Below, piece after piece: positions 1 to 10,757 of a DNA stretch of 64,000 nt. The notes beneath the pieces are model-generated. The model was not told the origin of the DNA, searched no databases, and saw only the letters and a program-made list of their open reading frames with translations. Both the position numbers and the translations under genes were made by a program. The DNA lies in contig CAWCRS010000003.1 of NCBI GenBank assembly GCA_963798085.1, forward strand, positions 576,001 through 640,000, read 5' to 3'. Position 1 is the stretch's first letter. Every line of letters starts with the position of its first letter. The DNA comes from an uncultured Gemmatimonadales bacterium. GTDB lineage: Bacteria > Gemmatimonadota > Gemmatimonadetes > Longimicrobiales > RSA9.

Positions 1-895
1 AGGCGAGCGGGTCGGCGAAATGGCTGGCGGCAACACCGATGATGGTGTAGGAACGACCGTCCATCACCATGGCTTGACCGACGATGTCCGTACGGCCGCC
101 GAAGTCTGCCTGCCATGTGCCCCAGCTGAGCACCACGTCATCGCCCTGGGGATCGTCCTGCCCGCGGAACAGGCGCCCGAGAGCGGGCCGGACACCGAGC
201 AGCTCGAAGAAGTCGGGCGTCACGGCCGCGGAAAGGCGCACGCCGACCGACCCATCGTTCTCGCGGAACGCGGCGCGCCAGCCCTGCCAGAAAGCGACGC
301 CTTCGATGGAGCTCGCCTGGCGCAGATCGTCCAGATCCGCCCACGAATAGCCCGGCGATATCATGACGCGATCCGCGGCGGTGTAGGGCATGGGCCGCAG
401 CAGCACGCCGTTGATGACCGAGAAGATGGCGATCACGGCGCCCATGCCCAGCGCCAGTGTTCCGATGGCAAACGCGGTAAAGCCGGGTGCCCGGCGCCAG
501 AGCCGCAGCGAATGGCGGATGTCCTGGCGCAGGATGGCGGCGAGGGCGGCACCGCCACGCTGCCGCGGGCGGCCCGACGGCGCCGGGCCACCCGGGATGG
601 ACGCTGTCGGCGGCAGCGACTGGCCTGCGGGTGTGTGCGCGGGTCGAGACCCGTCGTCGCCTGCGCCATCTGCATTCGAGCGGGCCACGACGTGGGCATC
701 ACGCCACGCCCCGGGCAGCGCAGCGAAGGCATCGAGCAGCAGCCAGAGCGCCACGCGCAGGCGAGCAGGCAGACGGGCACTCGCGCGGGCCGCACGCAGC
801 GCCTCGTCGGCAACGCCGCGCAACTCGTGTTCCCATTGGCGGCGGAAGTCGCGCGGATAGAAGCGCAGCACCAGTGCATACATGGTTCGTGTCAT
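1..895 (-). CDS. ABC-type (MacB/FtsX, ADOP-like orphan) permease, N-terminal part, truncated at window edge
   Basis: Manual translation from ATG 895: MTRTMYALVLRFYPRDFRRQWEHEL...QDIRHSLRLWRRAPGFTAFAIGTLALGMGAVIAIFSVINGVLLRPMPY...DFFELLGVRPALGR. The frame stays open to base 1. ATGA overlap with the PadR stop. Not in the ORF track because it has no stop in the window. Confidence 0.9.
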   Translation of the reverse strand, partial: MTRTMYALVLRFYPRDFRRQWEHELRGVADEALRAARASARLPARLRVALWLLLDAFAALPGAWRDAHVVARSNADGAGDDGSRPAHTPAGQSLPPTASIPGGPAPSGRPRQRGGAALAAILRQDIRHSLRLWRRAPGFTAFAIGTLALGMGAVIAIFSVINGVLLRPMPYTAADRVMISPGYSWADLDDLRQASSIEGVAFWQGWRAAFRENDGSVGVRLSAAVTPDFFELLGVRPALGRLFRGQDDPQGDDVVLSWGTWQADFGGRTDIVGQAMVMDGRSYTIIGVAASHFADPLA

Positions 896-1260
896 GAAGA
901 CCGTCCTTCGAAGCGGATGCCCCGGTCACGTGCAGCAGTCAGGATGCCGGCCAGGCGGCGCAATTCGGCGCGCAGCACCGCGCGGCCCAGGCCGGACGCG
1001 CGGAAGTAGCGACGGCGCGGATCATTCGAGTGGGGGTGCTCGTAGTCGTCCGCTTCCTCGAGCAGCCCATCCGTCTGGAGTGCGGCCAGCACGCGGTACA
1101 GACTTGCGGGGCCGGGCGCAATGAAGCCGTCCGACTGCTCGGCCACACGCGTCAGCAGCGCATAGCCGTGCAGTGGTTCCTCATCCAGCGCCAGCAGCAC
1201 GACCAGCTCCAGCTCCTTGAGCGGGAGTCTCGATTCCGGTGATCGCTGTGTGCGTGCCAT
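892..1260 (-). CDS. PadR family transcriptional regulator
   Basis: LVVLLALDEEPLHGYAL...GPASLYRVLAAL...DPRRRYFR winged-helix pattern. Start placed at ATG 1260 after GGAG. Confidence 0.92.
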   Translation of the reverse strand: MARTQRSPESRLPLKELELVVLLALDEEPLHGYALLTRVAEQSDGFIAPGPASLYRVLAALQTDGLLEEADDYEHPHSNDPRRRYFRASGLGRAVLRAELRRLAGILTAARDRGIRFEGRSS

Positions 1261-1374
1261 GTCTCCACCCGTTGCCATGCAGGCGGCCGCGAACGCCGCG
1301 CCACCGCAGCAACCCGATCCATTGGGGCATCTGCGTGCCGGTTCGGCGCCGGGGCGCGGCGCGGCGGCACCCGC

Positions 1375-2160
1375 CTAACCAGTTGTTTGACCGAGTTTCA
1401 CGAGCATTTCCAGCGCCGCGCGCGCCGCTTCCGGGCGCACCATGTGCGGGCCATCGAATTCCGTGTAGTCGACCTGATAGCCTCTGTTGCGCAGCGCGGG
1501 CACGAGCTGCCGGCTGGTCCGGTCCACGGGCAGGATCGTGTCCTGCGTGCCGTGCCAGATGGCAATGCGCGGCTTGCCGTTGCTGCCTGTCGGCGCGAAG
1601 AAGCCGGGCGAAAAAGCGAACACGAAGGGAAACAGATCACCGTTCGTGATACCGATCGACAACGCGTACGATGCGCCGTCGGAAAAGCCACCCACCGCCA
1701 TGCGCGCTGCATTGATGCTGCAGTGTGTAAAGGCGTGGTCGAGCGCGCGGTCGATGAACCCGATGTCCGGACCATAACCCGAGCTTACAACGTCCCATGT
1801 CATGGCCCGCGAATCGGGCGCCAGCAGGATCACACCGGCCTCTTCCGCAGCCGGCGCCATGGTGCGCAGCACCGTGGCACCGGCTTGCGTAGCACCGTGC
1901 AGTACCAGAGCCAGTGGTGCCGGCGCTGCGGGGTTGTACGCGGACGGGACCACGAGCCAGCCATCACGTTGCGACGCGAGACCCAGCGCGTGGCGCCCGG
2001 GCGCGATGCTCTTTTTCGGTGGATGCGGGCGCGCGTGCAGCCGGGCGGCTCCATCCTGCGTGAGGACGGAGGCCGCAGCCCGCGGCGCACACGCCGCGAC
2101 CAGCGCCCCCGCCATTGCCTGCAGCATCTCGCGCCGCCGCAACCCGATCGACCCGGTCAT
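1375..2160 (-). CDS. Phospholipase/carboxylesterase (alpha/beta hydrolase), probable Tat/lipoprotein signal
   Basis: LVLHGA, GFSDG nucleophile elbow, HGTQDT, FDGPH. N-terminal RRREML...LVAAC. GGAGG upstream of ATG 2160. Confidence 0.85.
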   Translation of the reverse strand: MTGSIGLRRREMLQAMAGALVAACAPRAAASVLTQDGAARLHARPHPPKKSIAPGRHALGLASQRDGWLVVPSAYNPAAPAPLALVLHGATQAGATVLRTMAPAAEEAGVILLAPDSRAMTWDVVSSGYGPDIGFIDRALDHAFTHCSINAARMAVGGFSDGASYALSIGITNGDLFPFVFAFSPGFFAPTGSNGKPRIAIWHGTQDTILPVDRTSRQLVPALRNRGYQVDYTEFDGPHMVRPEAARAALEMLVKLGQTTG

Positions 2161-2435
2161 GGACCTCCGAAAGCGGAGAAGATGAGGTTCTATTCTCATT
2201 ATGGGAAGAGTCTTGTGCCAGTGGCGATGGCGCAGGGACGAACAATGCCGTGCGCGGGACGGAGCGGGCCGCCTTGCGCGGGCGCGGGTGGCAGGGGAGT
2301 TTGCGCCTGTGTGCGCGCGAATCGAACCCGGGGCGCGTTCGTAGGGGCGATGGAGCTGCAACCCTGAAACGCGACCGGCGTGACGCGACGCAGGCGTGAT
2401 GCGGAGCGCCGGATCACCAACCCGGGAATCGAATC

Positions 2436-2696
2436 ATGTTTCCGATACTGCTGCTTCCTCTGGTTTTCTGGCTCGTGGTATTGAGCGGCGGCTTCTACGT
2501 GGCGATCCGTTTCATTCGAGCGTTCGAGACGCGCGGGCGGGGCGGGGATGCGGATGCGATCGAAGCGCTGGGGCAGCGGCTGCTGCGGCTGGAAGAGACG
2601 ATGGAAGCCATGGGCACGCAGCTGGAGCGCGTGTCCGAGGCGCAGCAGTTCACGACGAAGTTGCTGACGGAGAAGACGGAGCCGCCGGTCAATTGA
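2436..2696 (+). CDS. Small single-TM protein with C-terminal coiled coil
   Basis: 86 aa ORF: hydrophobic N-terminal helix, then heptad-like RLLRLEETMEAMGTQLERVSEAQQFTTKLL. Confidence 0.75.
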   Translation: MFPILLLPLVFWLVVLSGGFYVAIRFIRAFETRGRGGDADAIEALGQRLLRLEETMEAMGTQLERVSEAQQFTTKLLTEKTEPPVN

Positions 2697-2712
2697 CGCA
2701 TCGAGTGGTGCC

Positions 2713-5176
2713 ATGGAGCGAACCGTGACGCGGGTAAGAGCGGGAAGGTACGGACCCCGGATCTTCGGGGGCGGAAGCGCACTGCTGCTGCTCGCGCTGG
2801 CAGCGGGTTATGCGCTGGCCGGACCCAGCCGTTACGGTCACTCGGACCGCATTGAGCGGCACATGCTGCCCGCGGTGTCGACCGGGCCGCTGGATCCGGC
2901 GTGGAATCCTGATGGTCAGTGGATCGCGTACTCGATGCGCGGCGATGTGTGGAAAGTGCCGGCCGCGGGCGGCGAAGCGATCGCGTTGACCGCGGGCCCC
3001 GCGTACCACTTCGAGCCGGCGTGGAGTCCTGACGGCGCACGGGTCGCCCTCTCCATGGATGTGGATGGCAATCTCGACATTGGCATAGTCAGCGCGGCGG
3101 GCGGCGATGTGCAGCGCATCACGACGGATCCTGCGGTGGATGTGGAGCCGGCATGGAGCCGGGACGGGAAGAGCCTGTACTTCGTGAGTGCGCGTTCGGG
3201 CGGCTTCCGTATTTTCCGGCACGACCTGGACAGCGGCCGTGACACGGTGGTAACGAGCGGTTATCAGCCCGCGCCGTCGCCTGACGGGACGCGGCTGGCG
3301 TACGTGGCGCCGGTGCCGGGACGCAACGGCTCGGGCGGACTCTGGGTGAGGGACCTGCCCGCCGGCGAGCCTCGCCTGGTGCAGTACGAGGAAACCGAGT
3401 ATCGCATGAAGCCGGCGTGGACACCGGACGGTCAGGCGTTGCTCTACGTTTCCGACGAGCGTGGCTCGAACGATGTGGTGATCCTGCCGGTGGCGGGCGG
3501 GAGTCCGGTGGTGCTGACGGTGGATGCCCACGATGAGTTCTCGCCGTCGCCGAGTCCTGATGGCCAGCGTTTCGCGTTCGTCTCCAATCGCACGGGCCCC
3601 ACCACCCTCTACACGGCGAATATCAGCGGCGGACTGCTCAGTGCCTGGCAGGCTGTGGCGATGCGCGGACGCAGGTCTCGCCTGCCCACGGGACGGGTAC
3701 GGCTGCGCGTGGTGGATGCGAGCGGAATGCCCGTGGCCGCGCGCGTGACGGTGCAGGCGAGTGACGGTCGCAGCTACGCCCCCGACGGTGGTTTCCATCG
3801 CGTCATTGCGGTCACCGAGACGCATTACTTCCACACGGCCGGCGAGGCGGAAGTGGAAGTGCCCGCGGGACGCGTGACGATCGATGCAGCGAAGGGCTTC
3901 GAGTTCGAGCCGGCGCGCGCCAGTGTGAACGTGCCGCCGGGCGGCGTGCAGAATGCGGTGCTGCGTCTCACGCGGATGGTCGACATGCCCGGGCGCGGCT
4001 GGTACTCCGGCGACACGCACATTCACGACCTGCACCAGGGTCGCTTCGGACTGACGCACGAGACTTTCTTCAATGAGCTGCAGGCAGAGGATCTGCACGT
4101 GACCAACGCGCTGATCCACATGGATGGCACGCGACTGATGGGACGCTGGAGCGACCTCACCGGCAAACCCAGCCCGCTGTCCAGTGCGCAGTACATTCTG
4201 CAGTACGGCGAAGAATTCCGGGGCGCACTGGGCCACATCGCGATGCTGGGCATTCTCGCATTACATACTGCCCTTCACCACCGGCGAGAACGGCACTGCC
4301 TACGCGCAGCCCACACTCGATCTCATGTACCTGGACTCGGCGAAGGCGCAGGGCGGCATGGCGGGCTACGTGCATCCGTATGCCAGCATGATCGCCCGTC
4401 CGGAAATGGCCGCGAATTCGCTGATTCCCGTCGATGTCGCGCTGGGCCGCGGCGAATTCTACGACATTGGTGCGGTCTACTCGGATGAGCGGGCTTCGGC
4501 CGACATGTACTACCGCTTCCTCAACTGCGGATTCCGTCTGCCGGCGACGTCGGGCACCGACAACTTCTCGGACGTGTGGCGCGATCCGCCGCCGGGTGCG
4601 GATCGCACATTCGTGCACGTGCGCGGGCCGCTCTCGCTGAGCAGCTGGCTGGCGGGCATCCGCGCCGGTCACACGTTCGGCACCACCGGCCCGCTCGTGT
4701 TCCTCGATGTGCAGGGAAAGGAGCCAGGCGACGAGATCAGTCTGGCCGCCGGCGCGCGCGCGAGCCTGCACGTTCACGCCGAGGCCCTGTCCATCGCGCC
4801 CATCGACAGCCTGGAGATCGTGGCCAATGGCCGCATCGTGCAGAGTATCACAGGCGACTCCGCGCACCTCACGTTCGACGGCACCGTGGACCTGCCGCAC
4901 GGGGGCTGGATCGCGGCGCGCGTGACCGGGCCATCGTCGCGCTATATAACCGACAGTTATGCCTTCGCACAGAGTTCACCGGTGTACGTGGTGCGCGGCG
5001 GCCATCCCTTCGTTTCGGCGGATGATGCGCAGTTCCTGGCGGCCGCAGTGGACGCGTTGTGGGCGCGCATGGAGCGCACCCGCTGGCGCACCAGCGCGGA
5101 ACGCGACCGGTTCAAGACCGCGGTCGATGAAGCCCGTTCCGTCTACGAGCGCATCGCCCGCAGTGCCGCCAACTGA
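2713..5176 (+). CDS. Secreted TolB-like (PD40) beta-propeller fused to a PHP-type (CehA/McbA-like) metallohydrolase; one frameshift near 4253
   Basis: Repeated P[AS]WSPDG motifs, GWYSGDTHIH, GEEFRGALGH. Continues in the 4184..5176 frame (GYVHPY, SGTD, GHTFGTTGP, AQSSPVYV). Confidence 0.85.
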
Positions 5177-5211
5177 CGCGCGCCGCTCCCTTCGCTGATC
5201 CGCCCCTGCTC

Positions 5212-5255
5212 TTGTCCGGCTGTCGTTCCCTTTATATCTTCCTGCGAGAGTAAGA
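5212..5255 (+). promoter_or_regulatory. Sigma70-type promoter with overlapping imperfect palindrome upstream of padR
   Basis: TTGTCC (5212-5217)-N17-TATCTT (5235-5240). Imperfect inverted repeat TCTTnCT-N5-AGnAAGA at 5237-5255. Confidence 0.55.
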
Positions 5256-5265
5256 AAGGAACGAC

Positions 5266-5604
5266 ATGCCGGACACGGAGAATCTGCCGGTCGTGGAGCT
5301 GGCGGCGCTGGTGAGCGTGCTGCGACTGGGTGAAGCGGCGTATGGGGTTTCGATCCAGCAGGAGATCGAAGCGCGGACGGGTCGTTCGCGGTCGGTAGCG
5401 GCGGTGTACGCGGCGCTGGAGCGGCTGGAAGCGCGGGGCTATGTGGAGCCCTGGCTGTCGGATCCGCTGCCGGAGCGTGGCGGTCGGGCGCGCCGGAACT
5501 ACCGGATGACGCGTGCGGGGCAGGCGGCACTGCGCCGGGAGCAGGCGGCGTGGCAGCGCCTGTGGGAGGGGCTGGAGGCGGGCTCGGCCATGCGGGTGCG
5601 ATGA
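5266..5604 (+). CDS. PadR family transcriptional regulator
   Basis: AYGVSIQQEIEART...AVYAALERLEARGYV...PERGGRARRNY. AAGGA RBS. Confidence 0.93.
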   Translation: MPDTENLPVVELAALVSVLRLGEAAYGVSIQQEIEARTGRSRSVAAVYAALERLEARGYVEPWLSDPLPERGGRARRNYRMTRAGQAALRREQAAWQRLWEGLEAGSAMRVR

Positions 5605-8284
5605 GTCCGCCGCCTGGAGGCGCCGGGCGCCTGCCGCGGCTGGCGACGTGGCTGCTGCTGCGTCTGCTGCCGTCCGCGGATGCGCAATACATTCTGTGAT
5701 GATGTAAGCGAGCGTTATGCGCACGCGATCCAGCCGGCGAGGAGCCGGCTGCGCGCGTGGCTCTGGGTGTGGGGCGAGGTGTTGCGTTCGGTGGTTCCGG
5801 CATTGCGGCTGCGCTGGCGGCGGCGGGTTCCCGCAGGGCCTCGCCGGCGTGCGCGGCGACGAGCGGCTTGGGCGGTCGAGCGGCTGGCCGGCGGTATGCG
5901 CATGGGCTGGCGGCAGCTCTGGCGGAATCCCGGTTTTGCGGTGGCGGCGCTGCTCACACTGGCCGCGGCAGTGGGCCTGAACACGGCGTTATTCAGCGTG
6001 GTGTATGCGGTGCTGCTGCGGCCGCTGCCGCTGGCTTCGCCGGAGCGCATTGTGGTGCTGCAGAGGCGACCGGCGGGAGAGCAGCCGTACATTGGGTTAT
6101 CCGAGCCTGCGTATGTGGAACTCACGCACTCGGCGCACGGACTGGAGGGGGTTGCGGCGCTGGACTTCCGCAGTCTCACGGTGCGCACCGGTGCCGGGCC
6201 GGAGCGGGTCATGGCGCTGCTGGGAACGCCGTCGGTGTTCGGAGTGGCGGGCGTGGCGGCGCGTCTGGGGCGCGGTTTCGATGTCGGCGCCGGGCAACCG
6301 GGTGGCGACGGCGTGGTCGTGTTGAGCGACAGCTACTGGCGCTCGCGGTTCGGTGGTGATGCGCACGTTGTGGGGCGCACCATGCAGGTGGACGAGCGCA
6401 CGTGTGTGATCGTCGGCGTCCTGCCGGCCGGCCTCACGTTCGTTGGCCCGGCAGCGGACCTCTGGCTGCCGCTGGTGGTGGACGCTGCGCGCTTCGGTCC
6501 GGGCTCGGCCGAGAACAACAATCGCATTGTGATTGCGCGACTCGCGCGCGGCACATTGCTGGCGAGCGCCCAGGCGGAGTCCGGTTCCTGGGTTCAGGCG
6601 GTGCGCGCCGTGTATCCGAACGCTTTCAGCGACGGCACGCAGCTCGGCGTGCTGCCGCTGCGCGAGGTGATCGCGGGCAGGTACCGTGCGCTGCTGCTGC
6701 TGCTGCTGGGCGCCGTCGGTCTGGTGTTGCTGATCGGCTGCGCGAATCTGGCTAACCTGATGCTTGTGCGTGGCGCCGCGCGCGTGCAGGAACTGGCTGT
6801 GCGCAGCGCGCTGGGCGCGAGTCTGAAGCGTCTGATCGGACAACTGCTGCTGGAGAGCCTGGTACTCGGCGTAGTGGGAGGCACGGCCGGCCTCGTACCG
6901 GCGTGGCTGGCGCTCGGCCTCGTGCGTCGTCTCACGCCTGTGAGTCTGCCCGGACTGGAGAGCGCGGGGCTGCAGGCGCCGGTTCTGGCGTTTGCCGGCG
7001 CGATCGCCGTGACAGCGGGATTGCTGTTCGGTCTTGCGCCGGTGCTGCAGGTTGCGCGGGCGCGACTGGCCGGATCGCTGCGCGCGGGCGGGCGAGGCGC
7101 GGTACGCGGCACGCGCGGTCACGAGCTGCTGGTTGCCGCCGAGGTGGCGCTCGCAGCCGTGCTGCTGGTGGGCGCGATGCTGCTCGTGCGCAGCATGGTA
7201 CGGCTCTTTGCGGTCGATGCCGGATTCGACTGGCAGGATCGCGTCACCGCGCAGGTCACGCTGCCCGGCGATCGTTATGCGACGGATGCGGCCGTCCATG
7301 CACTGCTGCAGCCGCTGCTGGCGAGTGTGCGCTCGCTGCCGGGCGTCCGCTCCGCCGCACTGGTGCAGACGCTGCCGCTGACGGGCGCTTCCAACTGGGG
7401 CTACGAGGTGGAAGGTCACGCGGGCGAGAAGATCCGTTTTGCGGACTACAACCTGGTCAGCCCCGGCTATTTCCAGACCTTGGGGATTCCGCTGCGGCGA
7501 GGGCGCGATTTCGAGATTGCGGACGAGACGGACGGCCGCAATGTGGTGATCATCAGCGAATCCATGGCGCGCCGCGTGTTCGGAAACGTCGATCCGGTGG
7601 GGCAGCGGATCAACATGAACATCCGCGGCCAGGTCTGGCGCGAGATCGTGGGCGTGGCGGGCGATGTGCGGAGTCGCAGCCTCAGTGTGTCTTCGCCGGA
7701 CGAAGTGTATCTGCCGCCTCGGCGGCTGCCTTTCACAGCGCCACTCGAGAATGGCGATCGTCATGCACGTCGTGCATGCCGGCGGTGATGTCGCGGGTTC
7801 ACTGCGCGATCTGCTGCAGCGCCTGGATCCGTCAGTGCCCATCTCCGGTGTAAGGACGCTGTACGGCGTGGTGGCCGCTTCGGAAGCGACGCGGCGTTCA
7901 CTGATGAGCCTGCTGCTGTTGTTCGCGGGGCTGGCCGCGGGCCTTGCCGCCATCGGCATCTATGGCGTGATCGCGTACACGGTGACGCTCCGGCGGCGCG
8001 AGCTTGGACTGCGTGGTGCTCTGGGCGCACGACCATCCGACCTGCTGCGCATGGTGCTGCTGCGCGGTGCGCGGTTGTCCACGCTCGGTCTGGCGATCGG
8101 ACTGCCGGCCGCGTTTCTGATCAGCCGGCTGATGTCCGGCTTCATGTTCGGCATCGAGCGCACGGATGGACTCAGCTATGCGGCCGTGGTGATGCTCACG
8201 ATTCCCGTGACGTTGCTGGCCAGCCTGGTGCCGGCGTGGCGCGCGGCGCGCATTGATCCCGTGGCCGCGCTGAACGTGGAGTAG
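5601..8284 (+). CDS. ADOP-like orphan ABC permease (duplicated MacB-PCD/FtsX); frameshifts near 5697 and 7745
   Basis: ATGA overlap with PadR. MSPPPGGAGRLPRLATWLLLRLLP..., NPGFAVAALLTLA, LLIGCANLANL, ELAVRSALGA, C-terminal GIYGVIAY...AARIDPVAALNVE. Confidence 0.88.
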
Positions 8285-8445
8285 CAAACCCTCCTCGACC
8301 GGCCGGTGCTGGGCCGTCGCATCGCGGCAGTCCGTGCCCGGCAGCTTGCCGTCAGCCTGTGGCCGCGCGTAGATCAGCAATGAAGCGCGCGCGCCGCCCC
8401 GCCAAGAGCCGCGCGCTGCGGTGTCCTCCTGACAGGGAGTCAGAC

Positions 8446-9645
8446 ATGAGAATGCCGGCGCGTGGTTCCATCGGGACCCTGCTTGGGCTGGTGCTGGTTG
8501 CGGCCATCGCGATCGCGGCCGCACGGCCGAGGCTGGACAACGGATTGGTGCGTACACCGCCGATGGGCTGGAACAGCTGGAATCATTTCGGCTGTGATGT
8601 CAGCGCGCAGCTGATTCGCGAGACGGCAGACGCGATGGTGAGCAGCGGCATGCGCGATGCCGGTTACCGTTACGTCGTCATCGACGATTGCTGGCAGGTG
8701 GCGCGTGAGGCCGGTGGTCGCATCGTCGCCGATTCGGTGCGCTTCCCCGAGGGGATCAAGGCGCTGGCGGACTACGTGCACGGGAAGGGCCTCAAGTTCG
8801 GCATCTACACCGATGCGGGGCGGCGCACCTGTCAGGGTCGGCCCGGCTCGTACGGCTACGAGGAGATGGATGCGCGCACGTACGCCACGTGGGGCGTGGA
8901 CTACGTGAAGGTCGACTGGTGCAACGCGGAGGGGCTGGACGCGCGCACGCAGTACGCGAAAATGCGCGAGGCACTGGCGAAGGCAGGTCGACCGATCGTC
9001 TTCAGCATCTGCGAGTGGGGCAGCAACCGGCCGTGGGAATGGGGCGCAACCACCGGCAACCTGTGGCGCACGACGGGCGACATCTCGGATCACTGGAACA
9101 GTCTGTTATCGATCCTCGATCTGTCCTCGCAGTACTGGAGCGCGGCCCGGCCGGGCGCCTGGAACGATCCGGACATGCTCGAGGTGGGCAACGGCGGCAT
9201 GACCAATGACGAGTATCGCGCGCACTTCAGCCTGTGGGCGCTGATGGCGGCGCCGCTCATGGCGGGCAACGACCTGCGCACACTCGTCGGCGATGCGCGT
9301 CAGACGCGCAACATCCGTGAGATCCTGACGAACAGTGAAGTCATTGCCATCGACCAGGATTCACTGGGCGTGCAGGGCATGCTGGTGCAGAACTACCCGC
9401 CGGAGCTGCAGGTCTGGGCACGGCCCCTCGCCGACAGCTCGCGCGCAGTGGTGCTGTTCAACCGCGCGTCCGTGCCCACGAGCATGACGGTGAGCTGGAG
9501 CCGTATCGGCATCACGTCGGACTCGGCGCGCGTGCGCGATCTCTGGGCGCACACGGACGCCGGGACGGTATCACGGCGCTACAGCACGTTGGTGCCCTCG
9601 CACGGCGTTGTGATGCTGCGAGTCTGGCCTGTGCGCTCCCGCTGA
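8446..9645 (+). CDS. Alpha-galactosidase, glycoside hydrolase family 27, secreted
   Basis: TPPMGWNSWN, IDDCWQ, YVKVDWC, WRTTGDI, WNDPDMLEVGNGG. Signal peptide. Confidence 0.95.
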   Translation: MRMPARGSIGTLLGLVLVAAIAIAAARPRLDNGLVRTPPMGWNSWNHFGCDVSAQLIRETADAMVSSGMRDAGYRYVVIDDCWQVAREAGGRIVADSVRFPEGIKALADYVHGKGLKFGIYTDAGRRTCQGRPGSYGYEEMDARTYATWGVDYVKVDWCNAEGLDARTQYAKMREALAKAGRPIVFSICEWGSNRPWEWGATTGNLWRTTGDISDHWNSLLSILDLSSQYWSAARPGAWNDPDMLEVGNGGMTNDEYRAHFSLWALMAAPLMAGNDLRTLVGDARQTRNIREILTNSEVIAIDQDSLGVQGMLVQNYPPELQVWARPLADSSRAVVLFNRASVPTSMTVSWSRIGITSDSARVRDLWAHTDAGTVSRRYSTLVPSHGVVMLRVWPVRSR

Positions 9646-9654
9646 TCGCAGCGG

Positions 9655-10263
9655 TCAGGCCAGGTGCGCGACGGCGCCGCTCCAGGCAATGGGGTCCTGG
9701 TCCTGCCGGATCGGACTGGCAACATGAATGATCACGCTGCCGGACTCGATGCGCAGGGGATAGCGATCCATGCCGCGGGTTGCGCGGCCCGAGATGAACG
9801 TGCCGTCGGGCTGGTACTTCGACTTGTGCTTCGGGCACTGGAAGCGCTGGTCGGCATCGAGCCACTTGAGCATGGTGCGCTGATGCGGGCATGACAGCGC
9901 GAACGCGTAGAGCGCGCGCTGCCAGCGCACGAGGATCAGCTCGTTGCCGCGGTCGATCGTCACACCGTCGTTTGCAGGCACGGCGAAACGCACGTCCTGG
10001 TCTTCCCCGCTGGCCACGCCCCGCCACCAGCGTACGGGGATCGCGGCCGCCCTCGCCGGGCTTGCGCCCAGGCTGGCCAGCAGCACGGCGGCAAGGCCGG
10101 CGCCCTCGCGCAGGAAGTCGCGGCGGCTGCCCACGGCAAGGCAGGCATCGCACACGGCGGCCGGCGGTGCGGACGCATCGACGTGTTCGTTCTGCGAGCA
10201 AGCGCCCTCAGGGGCCGTCAGCGGTGCTGTATCCGATGCAGGCATGCGGTTTCCGAAGGTCAT
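9655..10263 (-). CDS. Tat-exported Rieske [2Fe-2S] protein
   Basis: SRRDFL twin-arginine motif plus hydrophobic stretch. CPHQ...CPKH ligands; GTFISGRATRGMDRY. Exact start uncertain. Confidence 0.88.
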   Translation of the reverse strand: MTFGNRMPASDTAPLTAPEGACSQNEHVDASAPPAAVCDACLAVGSRRDFLREGAGLAAVLLASLGASPARAAAIPVRWWRGVASGEDQDVRFAVPANDGVTIDRGNELILVRWQRALYAFALSCPHQRTMLKWLDADQRFQCPKHKSKYQPDGTFISGRATRGMDRYPLRIESGSVIIHVASPIRQDQDPIAWSGAVAHLA

Positions 10264-10757
10264 GCAGTAGTGAGTAGAACGCCCAGGAACACCAGGCTGA
10301 TCCAGAGTACCACGCTGCGCAGCGAGCCACGGCGCAGCGCACGCCAGCGCCGGGGATCTCCGGCATCGAGGCTCAGCCGGCCGCCGGCGTGGCGGATGCT
10401 GATGCCATTGAGCAGCAGCAGCGCGAAGACGCCCATTTTCATCCAGAACACACGCGAAGGCAGGAGCGCATCCACATCGGCGAGCAGCAGTGCCACGCCG
10501 GTGATAACGACGACACCCAGTCCGAGGATCACGGGTCCGTGCACGGCGGACAACTCTTCCAGGAAGCTGGAGCGGTTGCCGGTTGTGGCCGCGCCCAGGC
10601 GCAACGTGGCGCGGTCGAACGCGAGCGCGAAACCGCCCGCCACGAGCAGTCCCGTGAGATGGAGGAACTGCACGCCGGTGGAAACCCACGGGGAGCGCCC
10701 GTACAGATCCGCCCATGGCTGAGCGACGCCGGAGAGCCATCCGCTGAAAGCAGCCAT
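10260..10757 (-). CDS. Four-TM membrane protein (DUF6644/DUF2214-like)
   Basis: QFLHLTGLLVAGG, VITGVALL, FWMKMGVFALLLLNG. Overlaps both neighbours. Confidence 0.7.
   Translation of the reverse strand: MAAFSGWLSGVAQPWADLYGRSPWVSTGVQFLHLTGLLVAGGFALAFDRATLRLGAATTGNRSSFLEELSAVHGPVILGLGVVVITGVALLLADVDALLPSRVFWMKMGVFALLLLNGISIRHAGGRLSLDAGDPRRWRALRRGSLRSVVLWISLVFLGVLLTTA

Noticed and set aside
5690..5705. TGA codons as selenocysteine or readthrough in the permease
   Set aside because: The protein continues in a different frame, so a single extra base explains it.
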